Part shown: positions 19,501-29,016 of the stretch, piece after piece
Position numbering within the stretch: the stretch's first letter is position 1
How the letters are laid out: each line of letters opens with the position of its first letter
DNA from: Longimicrobiales bacterium
GTDB lineage: Bacteria; Gemmatimonadota; Gemmatimonadetes; Longimicrobiales; Gaopeijiaceae
DNA length: 64,000 bases
NCBI GenBank assembly: GCA_963664435.2
Contig: CAXXKM010000003.1
Coordinates: forward strand, 1,504,001 to 1,568,000
Direction of reading: 5' to 3'
Notes under the pieces: generated by a model
What the model was told of the DNA's origin: nothing
Seen by the model: the letters and a program-made list of their open reading frames with translations, nothing else
The model's database searches: none
Program-made: the position numbers and the translations under genes

Positions 19501-21225
19501 CAGCCGGGCCACCGAACTCGACAGCTCCGCGCTCCGCCCGGGCGCCTCGCCCAGCCAGAACGGGATCGTGGGCGGCTCCCCGTGCGCGTCCGCCACCCGC
19601 ACCGTCCCGGAATTGACGGCGAGGATGCGCCAGGAGGTGTTGCCCAGCTGGAAGATGTCGCCCGCGGAACTCTCGATGGCGAAGTCCTCGTTGAGGGTGC
19701 CGATGAAGGTCTCCTCCGGATCGAGCACCACCCGGTAGTCGGCGTTGTCGGGAATCGCGCCGCCCGCGGTGATCGCCGTGAGGCGGGCCGCGCGCCGCCC
19801 CTTGATGCGCCCGTTCACGCGGTCGCGGTGAACCAGCGCCCCGCGCCGCCCGCGACGGGTGACGAAGCCCTCGGCCACCATCTGCACGACCTCGTCGAAG
19901 TGCTCGCGCGCCAGCTCCCGGTACGGGTACGCGCCGCGCCAGAGGTCATAGAGCTCGTCCTCGGACCAGGGCTCGCACGCCGTTTCCGCCACGGTCTGCT
20001 GCGCCAGCACGTCGAGCGGCTGCGGCATCATGATGAGCCGGTCCAGCTCCCCTTCGTTCACCGCGCGCACGAGCGCCGCGCACTCGACCATGTCGTCGCG
20101 GGAGAGCGGGAACAAGCGCCCCCTGGGGGTACCGCGAACCGTGTGTCCGGACCGCCCCACCCGCTGCAGGAAGGTCGAGATCCAGCGCGGCGACCCGATC
20201 TGGCACACCAGGTCCACGTGCCCGATGTCGATGCCGAGCTCGAGCGACGCGGTCGCCACCAGCGCCTTCAGGCTGCCCGCGCGCAGCCGGTCCTCGGCGT
20301 CCAGGCGCGCCTCCTTTGAGAGGCTCCCGTGGTGCGCGGTGACCGCCTCCTCGCCCAGCCGGTCGGTCAGTCGGGCCGCGAGCCGCTCCGCCATCCGGCG
20401 CGTGTTGACGAAGACGAGGGTGGTCTTGTGGGCCTCGATCGACTCGGTCAGCCGCTCGTAGACCTCCGACCACACCTCGTGCGACATCACCGCCTCCATC
20501 GGCGACGGCGGCACCTCGAGCGCCAGATCCATGGCGCGGCGGTGCCCCTCGTCGATGATGGTGCAGTCGCTCTGGCTCCCCAGCAGGAAGCGCGCGACCT
20601 CGCTGACCGGCTTCTGCGTGGCCGACAGCCCGATGCGCTGCAGCGGCCGTCCCGTCACGTGCCCCAGCCGCTCCAGGCTGAGCGCCAGGTGCGACCCCCG
20701 CCGCGAATCGATCACGGCATGGATCTCGTCCACGATTACCGTGCGCACGGCGCGGAGCATCGCGCGGCTGCGCTCGGCGGTCAGGAGCAGGTAGAGCGAC
20801 TCCGGCGTGGTGACCAGGATGTGCGGAGGCGTGCGCAGCATCGCGGCCCGGCTCGAGGACGGCGTGTCCCCCGTGCGCACCGCCGAACGGATGCGGACGG
20901 CGGGCAGCCCCGCCTCCAGGGCGCGCTCGCGGATGGCGGCCAGCGGCTCCTCGAGGTTCTTGTGAATGTCGGCGCTGAGCGCCTTGAGGGGCGAGATGTA
21001 GAGGACCCGCACCTCGTTCTCAAGACCATGCTCGAGCCCTTCGCGCAGCAGCTCGTCGATGGCGTTCAGGAATGCGGCGAGCGTCTTCCCGGACCCGGTC
21101 GGAGCGGCGAGGAGAGTGTGGCTGCGATCGCGGATGGCGGCCCAGGCGCGCTCCTGCGCGGGAAGCGGCGCCCCCAGCGTCTCGGTGAACCAGCGCTCGA
21201 CGATCGGGTGGAAGGGCAAGGTCAT
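16570..21225 (-). CDS. lhr: Lhr-family ATP-dependent helicase
   Basis: APTGSGKT, TTPESL, DEIH, AHHGSLS, LELGIDIG, QRVGRSGH, C-terminal GGRFVTGVSGEQFA. Confidence 0.93.
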   Translation of the reverse strand: MTLPFHPIVERWFTETLGAPLPAQERAWAAIRDRSHTLLAAPTGSGKTLAAFLNAIDELLREGLEHGLENEVRVLYISPLKALSADIHKNLEEPLAAIRERALEAGLPAVRIRSAVRTGDTPSSSRAAMLRTPPHILVTTPESLYLLLTAERSRAMLRAVRTVIVDEIHAVIDSRRGSHLALSLERLGHVTGRPLQRIGLSATQKPVSEVARFLLGSQSDCTIIDEGHRRAMDLALEVPPSPMEAVMSHEVWSEVYERLTESIEAHKTTLVFVNTRRMAERLAARLTDRLGEEAVTAHHGSLSKEARLDAEDRLRAGSLKALVATASLELGIDIGHVDLVCQIGSPRWISTFLQRVGRSGHTVRGTPRGRLFPLSRDDMVECAALVRAVNEGELDRLIMMPQPLDVLAQQTVAETACEPWSEDELYDLWRGAYPYRELAREHFDEVVQMVAEGFVTRRGRRGALVHRDRVNGRIKGRRAARLTAITAGGAIPDNADYRVVLDPEETFIGTLNEDFAIESSAGDIFQLGNTSWRILAVNSGTVRVADAHGEPPTIPFWLGEAPGRSAELSSSVARLRADVEARLDGEDEDAAAKWLEELGLSSSAARQIQHYLREAKHILGALPTQDTLVLERFFDEAGGMQMILHAPFGSRVNRAWGLALRKKFCRQFNFELQAAATEEGVLLSLGPQHSFPLEDVFRYVHPDTLERTLVQALIDSPVFPTRWRWNATISLAVLRNRAGRKVPPPLQRMEADDLMAAAFPEAAACLENIGGDREIPDHPLVRQTLRDCLEEAMAMGELDRVLRRVFSGEIRYVTRDTPEPSVLSHEILNSAPYSFLDDAPLEERRARAVQTRRAFEPSSADELGALDPAAIQRVREEVWPDPRDPDELHDALLTAGVLTAAEGEGGNGDAGGNGRSWRGFFEELCATGRAGRLGVVGDAGGRLRPHVAAGADRSEAGAGDGEAVLRKMRKMRNSDGANAHEALAADGVEPEGPAWWVSAERLPEVLAVAGPEVRLEPALTPPADLAAREWSREDAVRELVRGRLQMCGPVTAGEMAHTLAVGAPEVEAALLALEGEGFVLRGAFTSPDAGVEWCERRLLARIHRYTLNRLRAEIRPVSQADFMRFLFAWQRVAEGEQAAGVEGLAGVLAQLEGFETCAGAWEADVLGRRVASYDPGLLDAVCMAGRVTWARISPPAGNGPPMRGPLPATPIAFLDRSRIEVWLRPGGGPSAVGADPVAGGDPPANGAASLLSAHGRVVHDVLAARGASFFHELVGASGLLPTRVEEALGELVAAGLATADSFTGLRALLVPSDRRKPLGPAPHASLAANAVGAQGRSGRRGARNRRRSSVAFGVDSAGRWSLLRRDPSGRGGGAGEGEEAVAMATARVLLRRYGVLFRRLLDNEPRTLPWWRLVRALRRMEARGDVRGGRFVTGVSGEQFALPEAVGLVRRIRRKAPSGRPVPVSAADPLNLTGILTPGPRIAKSTRSRVVYRDGVPVAAHEGSAFVRLGEYEDAVANQVERAARIGSLPPALRAYMGRKRRAAATGRNHT

Positions 21226-21412
21226 CGCGAACCGTAACCCGGATGACCGGCACCGGCAACCGCGATGTGGCGCGCCCGAGGCCCGGTGGCACGGCCGGGT
21301 CCGAACGTGCAGGTTTCAGGTACCTCGGCCTCTGGACGCCGGCGCCGAAGCCGGCCTCTCGCGCGACGGCGCGGGGCCCGAAGTCCCAGTCCCGATACCG
21401 CCAGGAGGACCG

Positions 21413-22234
21413 ATGAAATCAGCATGGCGCATGGTCGCAGCGGCCGCGGCCCTCATGCTCTCGACCCCGCTCGCCTCACACGGGCAGGATCCGCCCGCTC
21501 CCGCTGCACCGCTCGACACCCCGATCCTGTTGAGGCTGGCGCCACCCGAGGGCCAGGTGTCCCGCTACGCCCACTCCACGCAGGCGGAAGTGGAAAGCTC
21601 GATGATGCCGGCGAGCCCCGTCATGACCATGCGCACCCATCAGACGCAAACCGTCCTTGGCGTGGGGAACGACGTGATCCGATTCCGCACGACCATCGAC
21701 TCGGTCTCCACGACGATGCCGACGACCGTGCCCGGGATGGACATGCCGGACTATTCCGGCAGCGTCTTCACAACGGTAATGGATACGCGCGGCGGATCGG
21801 TTGGCGTCATCAGTACCGAGGGGCTGCCGCAGGTCGCCGGGTTCGACCCGGCGAGCATCATGCGGGAATCGAGCCATTTCGTGCTCCCCGAGGAGGAGGT
21901 CAGCCCCGGGGATTCATGGACCGTCGCCGCGCCCATGAGCCTGCCCATGGGCCCCGCCGGGTCGATGTCGATCGAAGTGACGATGACGTACACCTTCGTG
22001 AGCCTCGAGGGTAGCCTCGCAACTCTCTCGTTCGAGGGTCCGATGGACATGGATCTGGACATGGGAGCCGGGGGCATGACGGCCACCGGAACCACCACCG
22101 GCAACATGGTCGTGGACCTCGCCGAGGGCCGATTCCGGAGCCAGTCGAGCCGAGCCAGCCTCGACATGAGCATGGCCGGGATGGCGATGACGACGAACCT
22201 GACGACCACGATGGAACTGCTGCCGGATCCCTGA
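21413..22234 (+). CDS. exported Met-rich hypothetical protein
   Basis: AGGAGG RBS before ATG 21413, signal peptide, LPEEEVSPGDSW. Confidence 0.65.
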   Translation: MKSAWRMVAAAAALMLSTPLASHGQDPPAPAAPLDTPILLRLAPPEGQVSRYAHSTQAEVESSMMPASPVMTMRTHQTQTVLGVGNDVIRFRTTIDSVSTTMPTTVPGMDMPDYSGSVFTTVMDTRGGSVGVISTEGLPQVAGFDPASIMRESSHFVLPEEEVSPGDSWTVAAPMSLPMGPAGSMSIEVTMTYTFVSLEGSLATLSFEGPMDMDLDMGAGGMTATGTTTGNMVVDLAEGRFRSQSSRASLDMSMAGMAMTTNLTTTMELLPDP

Positions 22235-22292
22235 CCCGGACCGCCGGCAGGTCGTCCGCCTCAGGCCCATCGGCGACGGTGCGACGGGCGGT

Positions 22293-23801
22293 CTACTCGA
22301 CGACGCTCCCGTGGCCCTCCCGGCGCCGGTCGCCCCCGACCCCCCTCACGCGCGGCGCCACGACGTGCACCCCGCCGAAGTACAGGTTCGGCTGCGGCCA
22401 GGGCGCTACGTCCCATTCTTCCTCGAGCGCGGCCATCGCTTCCTCCGGGAATCCCGGCTCGATCTGGAGCTGTTCGCCGTCGAAATGCATGCGCGGGAAG
22501 TTGGACGCCTCGTCGGGCGAGAGTCCCAGGTCGAGGAGGTTTGAAATCACCTGGAACACTGCCGAAGGGATGCGGTTGCTGCCCCCGGTGCCGAGGGCGG
22601 CGAGCACCTGGTCTCCCTCCAGCAGCAGCGCCGGCGACATCATCGACGCCACCCGGTCCCCCGGCTCCGAGGCGTGGAATCCGGCGGGGTGGAGGTCCAC
22701 CTCCCCCATCATGTTGTTGAAGTGGATGCCGGTTCCCGGCAGAAAGTACGACGAGCCCGACCCGTTCGACATGGAGAGCGCGGCGACGTTGCCCTCGGCG
22801 TCGGAGGCGTTGAGGTGGGTGGTGCCGTGAACGGCGTGGATCAACGGGGCATGGACGCCCTCCAGCAATGCCGCCTGGGCCGGATCGCGCGCGACCTCCT
22901 CACCTCCCCGGAGGCGGACGGCCCGCTCGAGCGCCCGGGCCGTCGCGCGAACGTGCTCGAGGCTTCCCCAGCCGCAGCCCGACAGATCGGCTTCTTCCTG
23001 CAGCAGCAGGCGAAGCGCCATCAGCGACCCGCCCAGGGCGGGAGGCGGGTTGGCCAGGACGCGTCGCCCGCGATACCCGACGGAGAGGGGACGGCGCTCG
23101 ATGACCTCATACCGCGCCAGATCCTCGCGCGTCATCAGGCCGCCGCCCTCCAGCATGTCGCGTTCGATGACCTCGGCGAAGTCCCCGCCATAGTATCCCC
23201 GCGGATCGCGCGGGAGGTGTTCCAGAAAATCCGCCAGATCAGGATTGCGACTCAGCGTGCCCACCGGCAGTACGTCGCCGTTCTGCAGATAGAGAGCGCC
23301 ACCCATCCGCGAATCCCGCAGCACGGGATACATCAGCTGCAGGGAGTCGGATACGAAGGGGGTGATGCGAATCCCGGCCCGCGCAACGGCAACGGCCGGC
23401 GCAACCACCTCCGCGAGGGGCAGCCGCCCCAGGCGCTCGTGTACGTGCACCAGGCCCTTGAGGGTGCCCGGCACCGCCGCGGACGCCAGCCCGATGGTGA
23501 ACTCCTGCAGCACATCTCCGAAGAGGATGTCCACCGGATAGAAATGGCGGTCGCCTTCACCCGGCGGATCGGTCAGGCCGAGACCCGGAGCGGAGGCGAT
23601 GAAGTCGAAGAGGATCTCCTCGCCGGAGCCAGTGCGCGCCAGCACGAACCCCGCGCCCCCGAGGCTCGCCATGGTGGGCTCCACGACGGTGCTGGTGAAC
23701 GCCGCCGCCGCGACGGCATCGAAGGCGTTGCCCCCGGCACGGAGGATGTCCGCGCCAGCCTCGGAGATGACGGGGTGTCCGGAAGAGAGAAGTCCTTGCA
23801 T
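22293..23801 (-). CDS. gamma-glutamyltransferase family protein
   Basis: GGNAFDA, AVPG, autocleavage GTTHL, NNMMGE, SMMSP, GTGGSNRI. Confidence 0.9.
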   Translation of the reverse strand: MQGLLSSGHPVISEAGADILRAGGNAFDAVAAAAFTSTVVEPTMASLGGAGFVLARTGSGEEILFDFIASAPGLGLTDPPGEGDRHFYPVDILFGDVLQEFTIGLASAAVPGTLKGLVHVHERLGRLPLAEVVAPAVAVARAGIRITPFVSDSLQLMYPVLRDSRMGGALYLQNGDVLPVGTLSRNPDLADFLEHLPRDPRGYYGGDFAEVIERDMLEGGGLMTREDLARYEVIERRPLSVGYRGRRVLANPPPALGGSLMALRLLLQEEADLSGCGWGSLEHVRATARALERAVRLRGGEEVARDPAQAALLEGVHAPLIHAVHGTTHLNASDAEGNVAALSMSNGSGSSYFLPGTGIHFNNMMGEVDLHPAGFHASEPGDRVASMMSPALLLEGDQVLAALGTGGSNRIPSAVFQVISNLLDLGLSPDEASNFPRMHFDGEQLQIEPGFPEEAMAALEEEWDVAPWPQPNLYFGGVHVVAPRVRGVGGDRRREGHGSVVE

Positions 23802-23978
23802 GGCCCGGAATGTACCACGGCGGGCGGGCGGCTGTCACCGACACGGCGACGGCAGGGCCATGTTCGGCGACAGGCTCGTCGCGCCATGTAGTCGCCCGTG
23901 ATCGCGGGGTAGCTTTGGTCGCCCATGTTCGCAGACACCGATCCGGCGTTGCGGGAGCTTGAGGATGTCCTTCATCAG

Positions 23979-24009
23979 ATGTTATCATGCTTTGATACTG
24001 TGATAACAT
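23979..24009 (+). promoter_or_regulatory. inverted-repeat operator upstream of vapBC
   Basis: ATGTTATCA-N13-TGATAACAT perfect 9-bp inverted repeat just before the antitoxin RBS. Confidence 0.6.
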
Positions 24010-24029
24010 ATGGAGAGGTGTTCCGGCCC

Positions 24030-24257
24030 GTGATCAGAACTCAGATCTCCGTAGACGAGGAGATGTACGCGCGCGCCAAGAAGGCTGCTCGCCGCCAGGG
24101 TATCTCGCTGGCGGAGCTGTGCCGAAGGAGCCTGGCCGAGACCTTGGCGCGCGAGCCCGTCTGCCATCCCTGGATGGCCTGGGTGGGCAGCCTCGAGGGC
24201 CGGCCTGAAGACAGCGCGAGCGTTGACGACGTGGTCTACGGGCGCGAGGCGCCGTGA
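24030..24257 (+). CDS. ribbon-helix-helix (CopG/VapB-like) antitoxin
   Basis: GGAGAGG RBS, GTG start, IRTQISVDEE...GISLAELCRRSL; GTGA overlap with the PIN gene. Confidence 0.8.
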   Translation: MIRTQISVDEEMYARAKKAARRQGISLAELCRRSLAETLAREPVCHPWMAWVGSLEGRPEDSASVDDVVYGREAP

Positions 24258-24664
24258 AGAACCCAAGGGTCTTTCTGGATACGGGAATCCTCATTGCGGC
24301 CCTCAACCGGCGTGATCAGTATCACGAGCAGGCGCGCGCGCTGTTCGCGGGACCTGCGCCGCGCTGGCATTCTTCCCTGCTGGTGTGGTCCGAGGCGTGC
24401 TCGTGGTTCCTCCATCGGCACGGAGAGGAGTCGGCCCGCACGTGCAGGCTTTTTCTCGACAACCTCGACGGCCTGATCGTCCACGAGGGGACTGCCGCGC
24501 TTCACCATACCACCTGCCGCATGCTCGACCGCATGCGCGGAGCGCGCCTGACCTACGTGGACGCCTCCAGCCTGGCGCTGATGGAGCAGCACGAGATCAG
24601 GACTGCGTGGGCGACCGACTACCATCTCGGACTGACCGGGGCGGAGGTGCTGCCGAGGGTGTGA
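24254..24664 (+). CDS. vapC: PIN-domain (VapC) toxin
   Basis: VFLDTG, LTYVDASS, ATD acidic residues. Confidence 0.85.
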   Translation: MKNPRVFLDTGILIAALNRRDQYHEQARALFAGPAPRWHSSLLVWSEACSWFLHRHGEESARTCRLFLDNLDGLIVHEGTAALHHTTCRMLDRMRGARLTYVDASSLALMEQHEIRTAWATDYHLGLTGAEVLPRV

Positions 24665-24736
24665 GGCGGCTGGGATCCCGCCCTCCCGGAGCCTGCGGGC
24701 TGGATTGCGGCCGGCCGCATCGGCGCCGCTCCGCGC

Positions 24737-26167
24737 CTATACCTTCGCCTCCCGCCATTTGCCCCGCTTGAACAGCACCGCGGCCACCACCGCCAGCGTT
24801 GAAAACGACACCGTCATCGCAATGAAGACGCCCGTCGTCTCGAGACCGCCGGCAAGGGAGAGGCCCCAGGCGAGCGGGATCTCCCAGAGCCAGAAGCAGA
24901 AGAAGTTGAGGATTGTGGGCGTCCACACCGCGCCCGCCCCGTTGAACGCGGCCGTGAGCACCATGCCGTAGCCGTAGAAGACGAGGCCGATGGACACGAT
25001 GCGGAGGCCGGTCACGGCGACGGCGGACGCACCCTCGGTTCCGCCGAACAACCCCACGATGGCCGGCGCGAAGCCGATGAAGAACACGCTGACCGCGCCC
25101 AGGAAGGCGAAGTTCATCTTGCACGAGATCCACGCCGCGCGCTCGGCGCGCTCCGGGTTCCCGGCCCCGAGCGCCTGCCCGACCATGGTCGCCGCCGCGT
25201 TGGAGAGTCCCCATGCAGGGAGGATCGCGAACAGGATGATCCGGATCGCGACCACGTATCCGGCCAGCGCCTCGGCCCCGAACACCGCCGTCACGCGCGT
25301 GAGCCCGATCCAGCTGGCGGTGGCGATGAAGGTCTGAAGCATCCCCGTCGCCGAGAGCCGCACGAGCTGAGCCATGAGGGCGGGCTGGATGCCCAGGTGC
25401 GGCATCCGGATGCGCAGCCTTCCGCCCAGGCGGAACAGCGTGTAGACCTGCACCAGGACCGCCGTCCCGCGGCCGATCGTGGTCGCGACCGCCGCCCCCT
25501 GCACCCCCAGCTCCGGGAACGGCCCGACGCCGAAGATGAGCAGGGGATCGAGGACGATGTTGAGCCCGTTGGCGATCCACAGCACGCGCATGGCGATCGC
25601 GGCGTCGCCCGCCCCGCGGAAGGCGGCGTTCTGCAGGAACAGCAGCAGGATGACGACGTTGCCGCCGAGCATGATGCGCGTGTACGGCACCCCGGTGGCC
25701 ACCACGTTCTCGTCCGCGCCCATGATCCGCAGGATGTCCGGCGCGAAGGCCACGCCGGCGATGCCGAACAGGAGCGCCAGCGCGAGCCCCAGCAGGATGG
25801 CCTGCGCGGCGGCTCGGGACGCCCCTTCTTCGTCGCCCCCGCCGATCCGGCGCGACACCACGGCCGTGACCCCGATGCTGAGCCCCATCGCGAGGGTATA
25901 GATCAGCGACAGCACCGATTCGGTCAGCGCCACCCCCGCCATGGCCTCGTCCCCCAGCCTGGAAACGAAGTAGATGTCGACGACCGCGAACAGCGACTCC
26001 ATCACCATCTCCAGCACCATCGGCACCGCGAGAAGGACGACCGCCCGCCGGATCGGGCCCCGGGTGGGATCGCCCCCGGTACCGCGCACGGCGTGGACAA
26101 GGACGTCCCACCAGGTTTCGGGCGCGGGTGCTGGAGTAGGCTGGTCGGTGCTCGCGCGCGTGTTCAT
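24737..26167 (-). CDS. MATE family efflux transporter
   Basis: LAVPMVLE, FRGAGD, NIVLDPLLIFG, GAAVAT, VGQALGAG. Confidence 0.93.
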   Translation of the reverse strand: MNTRASTDQPTPAPAPETWWDVLVHAVRGTGGDPTRGPIRRAVVLLAVPMVLEMVMESLFAVVDIYFVSRLGDEAMAGVALTESVLSLIYTLAMGLSIGVTAVVSRRIGGGDEEGASRAAAQAILLGLALALLFGIAGVAFAPDILRIMGADENVVATGVPYTRIMLGGNVVILLLFLQNAAFRGAGDAAIAMRVLWIANGLNIVLDPLLIFGVGPFPELGVQGAAVATTIGRGTAVLVQVYTLFRLGGRLRIRMPHLGIQPALMAQLVRLSATGMLQTFIATASWIGLTRVTAVFGAEALAGYVVAIRIILFAILPAWGLSNAAATMVGQALGAGNPERAERAAWISCKMNFAFLGAVSVFFIGFAPAIVGLFGGTEGASAVAVTGLRIVSIGLVFYGYGMVLTAAFNGAGAVWTPTILNFFCFWLWEIPLAWGLSLAGGLETTGVFIAMTVSFSTLAVVAAVLFKRGKWREAKV

Positions 26168-26331
26168 CGTGGCGAAGAAACTAACCGTTCTGGATGGGAT
26201 CCCGGGCCTGACGTTACGTCAGGGTATGCAAGCCGGGGGTGGGGTCTAAGGCTGGAGAAGCTTCCCGAGCCAGGCTAGACTTGGCCGCCCCTTCCCACAG
26301 CCAACCCACACCTCACCAGAGAGGGACGCCC

Positions 26332-26802
26332 ATGTCGCAGGCCGCCGAGATCGTCGCACAGCTGGAAACGTCCCACGGGTACATCAGGAAGATGATCTCG
26401 ATCTTCGAGGAAGAGGACGCCGGTTTCGCCCCGCAGCCCGAACTCTACACCGTCGCCGGCCACATCGCGCACGCCGCGGATTCGGTCGAGTGGTTCGTGG
26501 ATGGCGCCTTCGGGAAAGGGTGGAACATGGACTTCGAGGGCCTGATCGCCGCGGCCCGGGCGGTGGAGTCGCTCGATGAGGCGATCGCGTGGCTCGACCG
26601 CGCATTCGAAAAGGCCATCGCGACCTTCGAGGCGGCGTCGGACGAGGACCTTGCCGCGCCCATCCCCGACGAGCGCATCATGCCGGGCGCGTCCCGCTCC
26701 GCCATTGTGCTGCCCCTCGTGGATCACACGGCGCACCACCGGGGCGCGCTCACGGTGTATGCCCGCCTCCTGGGCAAGGTGCCGGGCATGATGTACGAGT
26801 AA
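26332..26802 (+). CDS. DinB family protein
   Basis: HIAH and HTAHHRGALTVYARLLG. Confidence 0.85.
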   Translation: MSQAAEIVAQLETSHGYIRKMISIFEEEDAGFAPQPELYTVAGHIAHAADSVEWFVDGAFGKGWNMDFEGLIAAARAVESLDEAIAWLDRAFEKAIATFEAASDEDLAAPIPDERIMPGASRSAIVLPLVDHTAHHRGALTVYARLLGKVPGMMYE

Positions 26803-26931
26803 TCCTGGCGGCTTAGGCCACCCCGACCACTCGTGGCGGGCGAGCGCTCGCGTGCGTACTCTGCCGTATCCAACAAGCGCCTGGGCGGGTTTGCAGTTGC
26901 GCGAGACAGTACCTGGCGGAGGGGATGCGAT

Positions 26932-28080
26932 ATGGTTGCGGAGGACAGGTTCGCGCACGTCCTGGAAAACCTGTACATGGCGGCGCTCGGGGATGTCGGG
27001 TGGGACACCGCGGCTGCGTTGATCAACGATATGATCCGGACGCGTGGCCATAGCCTGGTTTACGGGGACCCGAGTCCGGGGCGCGAGCCCGTAGTCCACA
27101 TGGCCAGGTTTTTTGTGGGTGCGGAACGTCGGCAGGACCTGGAACACCGGTATCTTCGCGACTACTGCTGGCAGGATGAAGCTATTCCACGGCTCTATGG
27201 GCTTCGTGACGGCGAACTGGTCCGCAAGTCGGATCTCTACACCGACGACGAAAAAAGGACATCGGCCGCATATAACGAATTTCGGCGTGTCAACAAGACG
27301 GAAAACGGCCTCTTCATGACCCTCCTGGGAGTGGACGGGTGCGGGATGGTCTGGACCTTCGGGAACTCCACCGAACGCGGAGGTTGGGGGCACGAGCAGA
27401 TCCGGACCATCAAACGCCTCTCGCCTCACATACGCCAGTTTGCGCGCGTCCGGCACCTGATGGCCAACGCGGACGCGCTGGGGGCGTCGCTTGCGCAACT
27501 GTGCGAGAACGGACGGGCGGGGATTATCCAGCTGGACCGACGCGGACGCATCCTGGAGGCGAACGACCGCGCCCGGGAAACCCTGCTGAAAGGCGATGGG
27601 CTACGCGACGAGAAGGGGGTGCTGGTTGCCGGGCACCAGGAGAACGCGGAGCTGCAGCGCTTGCTGGCCAGGGCGCTACCCCCGTACGGGGTTCAGGGTG
27701 CAGGGGGCTCGATGAAGATCGCACGCAGGTTCAATCGCGCGCCGCTGGCTCTTGAAATCCATCCCGTCCGAATGATGGGCACGGATCATCGTGGCCGGCA
27801 GGTCGCGGCGCTGGCGCTGGTCGTCGACCCGGTCGCGCGACACGGCGTAGAACCGGACCTGGCAGCCGAGGTCCTGGGCTTGACGCCCGCGGAGGGCCGC
27901 GTCGCGGTGGCGCTGGCGGCCGGTCAGACGGTGGCCGGCGTCGCGGCTTCGCTGGGTTGCGCGGAGAGCACGGCCAAGACGCACCTCAAGTCCGTCTACC
28001 GCAAGCTCGGCATTCGCAAGCAGACCGAGCTCGTGCGGAGGGTCCTGTCGCTCGAAGCCCTGCGGGGATTCGTCCGCTAA
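26932..28080 (+). CDS. LuxR-type HTH regulator with PAS-like domain
   Basis: C-terminal GLTPAEGRVA...TAKTHLKSVYRKLGIRKQTELV; LDRRGRILEAN. Confidence 0.88.
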   Translation: MVAEDRFAHVLENLYMAALGDVGWDTAAALINDMIRTRGHSLVYGDPSPGREPVVHMARFFVGAERRQDLEHRYLRDYCWQDEAIPRLYGLRDGELVRKSDLYTDDEKRTSAAYNEFRRVNKTENGLFMTLLGVDGCGMVWTFGNSTERGGWGHEQIRTIKRLSPHIRQFARVRHLMANADALGASLAQLCENGRAGIIQLDRRGRILEANDRARETLLKGDGLRDEKGVLVAGHQENAELQRLLARALPPYGVQGAGGSMKIARRFNRAPLALEIHPVRMMGTDHRGRQVAALALVVDPVARHGVEPDLAAEVLGLTPAEGRVAVALAAGQTVAGVAASLGCAESTAKTHLKSVYRKLGIRKQTELVRRVLSLEALRGFVR

Positions 28081-28229
28081 CCGCGATCGGGGATGGCGCG
28101 CACGACCGCGGCTGCACATCCGCCCCACCGCCGAGGTCCCCCGAAAAGGGGATGCCGCCGCGCGCGCCCCCCCGGTAGGTTTGCGCAGCAACACCGGACC
28201 GGTTTGATCCGAGATAGGGAAAGCAAGCC

Positions 28230-28652
28230 ATGAACCGACCCACACTCGCTCTCGCGCTGGCGCTCATCGCGGCCACACCCGGCTTCGCCCAGGACGCCGA
28301 AGCTCCCCCCGGCCACAAGGATCCGATCATCGCGTTCGCGATCGAGATGTTCGTGCCGGTGCTCGGCCACGCCTACGCGGGCGACGCCAAGCGCGGCATC
28401 GCGCCGGCCGTCGTCCAGGTGGCCGGCTTCGGGCTGGTGCTTTACGGCGTCAACGAGGAACTCGACAACCTCTTCGGGAGCAGCGACGGGGACGCCAGGC
28501 CCCTCATCTACGTCGGGCTCGCTTCGGTGGCGGTCGGCAAGTTCTGGGGGCTCGTATCGGTCGCGAAGACGGTCCGCGAGCGCAACGCCTCGCTCGTGGT
28601 CGAGCCAACCCCTGACAGGCAGGTCGCCGTTGGGATCAGAGTGAGTTTCTGA
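28230..28652 (+). CDS. exported/membrane hypothetical protein
   Basis: Signal peptide, PVLGHAYAG, hydrophobic helices, C-terminal aromatic residue (GIRVSF). Confidence 0.65.
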   Translation: MNRPTLALALALIAATPGFAQDAEAPPGHKDPIIAFAIEMFVPVLGHAYAGDAKRGIAPAVVQVAGFGLVLYGVNEELDNLFGSSDGDARPLIYVGLASVAVGKFWGLVSVAKTVRERNASLVVEPTPDRQVAVGIRVSF

Positions 28653-29016
28653 TGCTAGAGCGCGGTTTTTCCGCGTTTTCGGTTTCTTATACATGCGCCT
28701 CTCCAGGGCCCGAAGCGGCCGCATGGCGCGTCGTCGGGACATGGCGCATCGTCTCCGACCTCCGCGAGATGAGCCGGACCCCCAGCGACTTCGCCGGTCT
28801 CGCGCGCATCCTGCGGGACCGTCACCGCGAGATCGACCCTCGCCGGACCTGGTCAAGAGTGCGAAATCTGTGCGGTGCGAAGTGTCACGATCATCCTCCA
28901 ATGATCTCTTCGCACCCGACTTCAGGCTCATCCCCCGCTGGAAACCGATCTCCCCTTCATTTGCCGTTGGAAGAGCCTCACTGCTATTCTGGGTGGAGCA
29001 ATTGAAGGGAGTGTAA

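Noticed and set aside
28652..29016. Short ORFs 28652..29005 and 28693..29016
   Set aside because: No recognisable motifs or clear RBS; treated as intergenic
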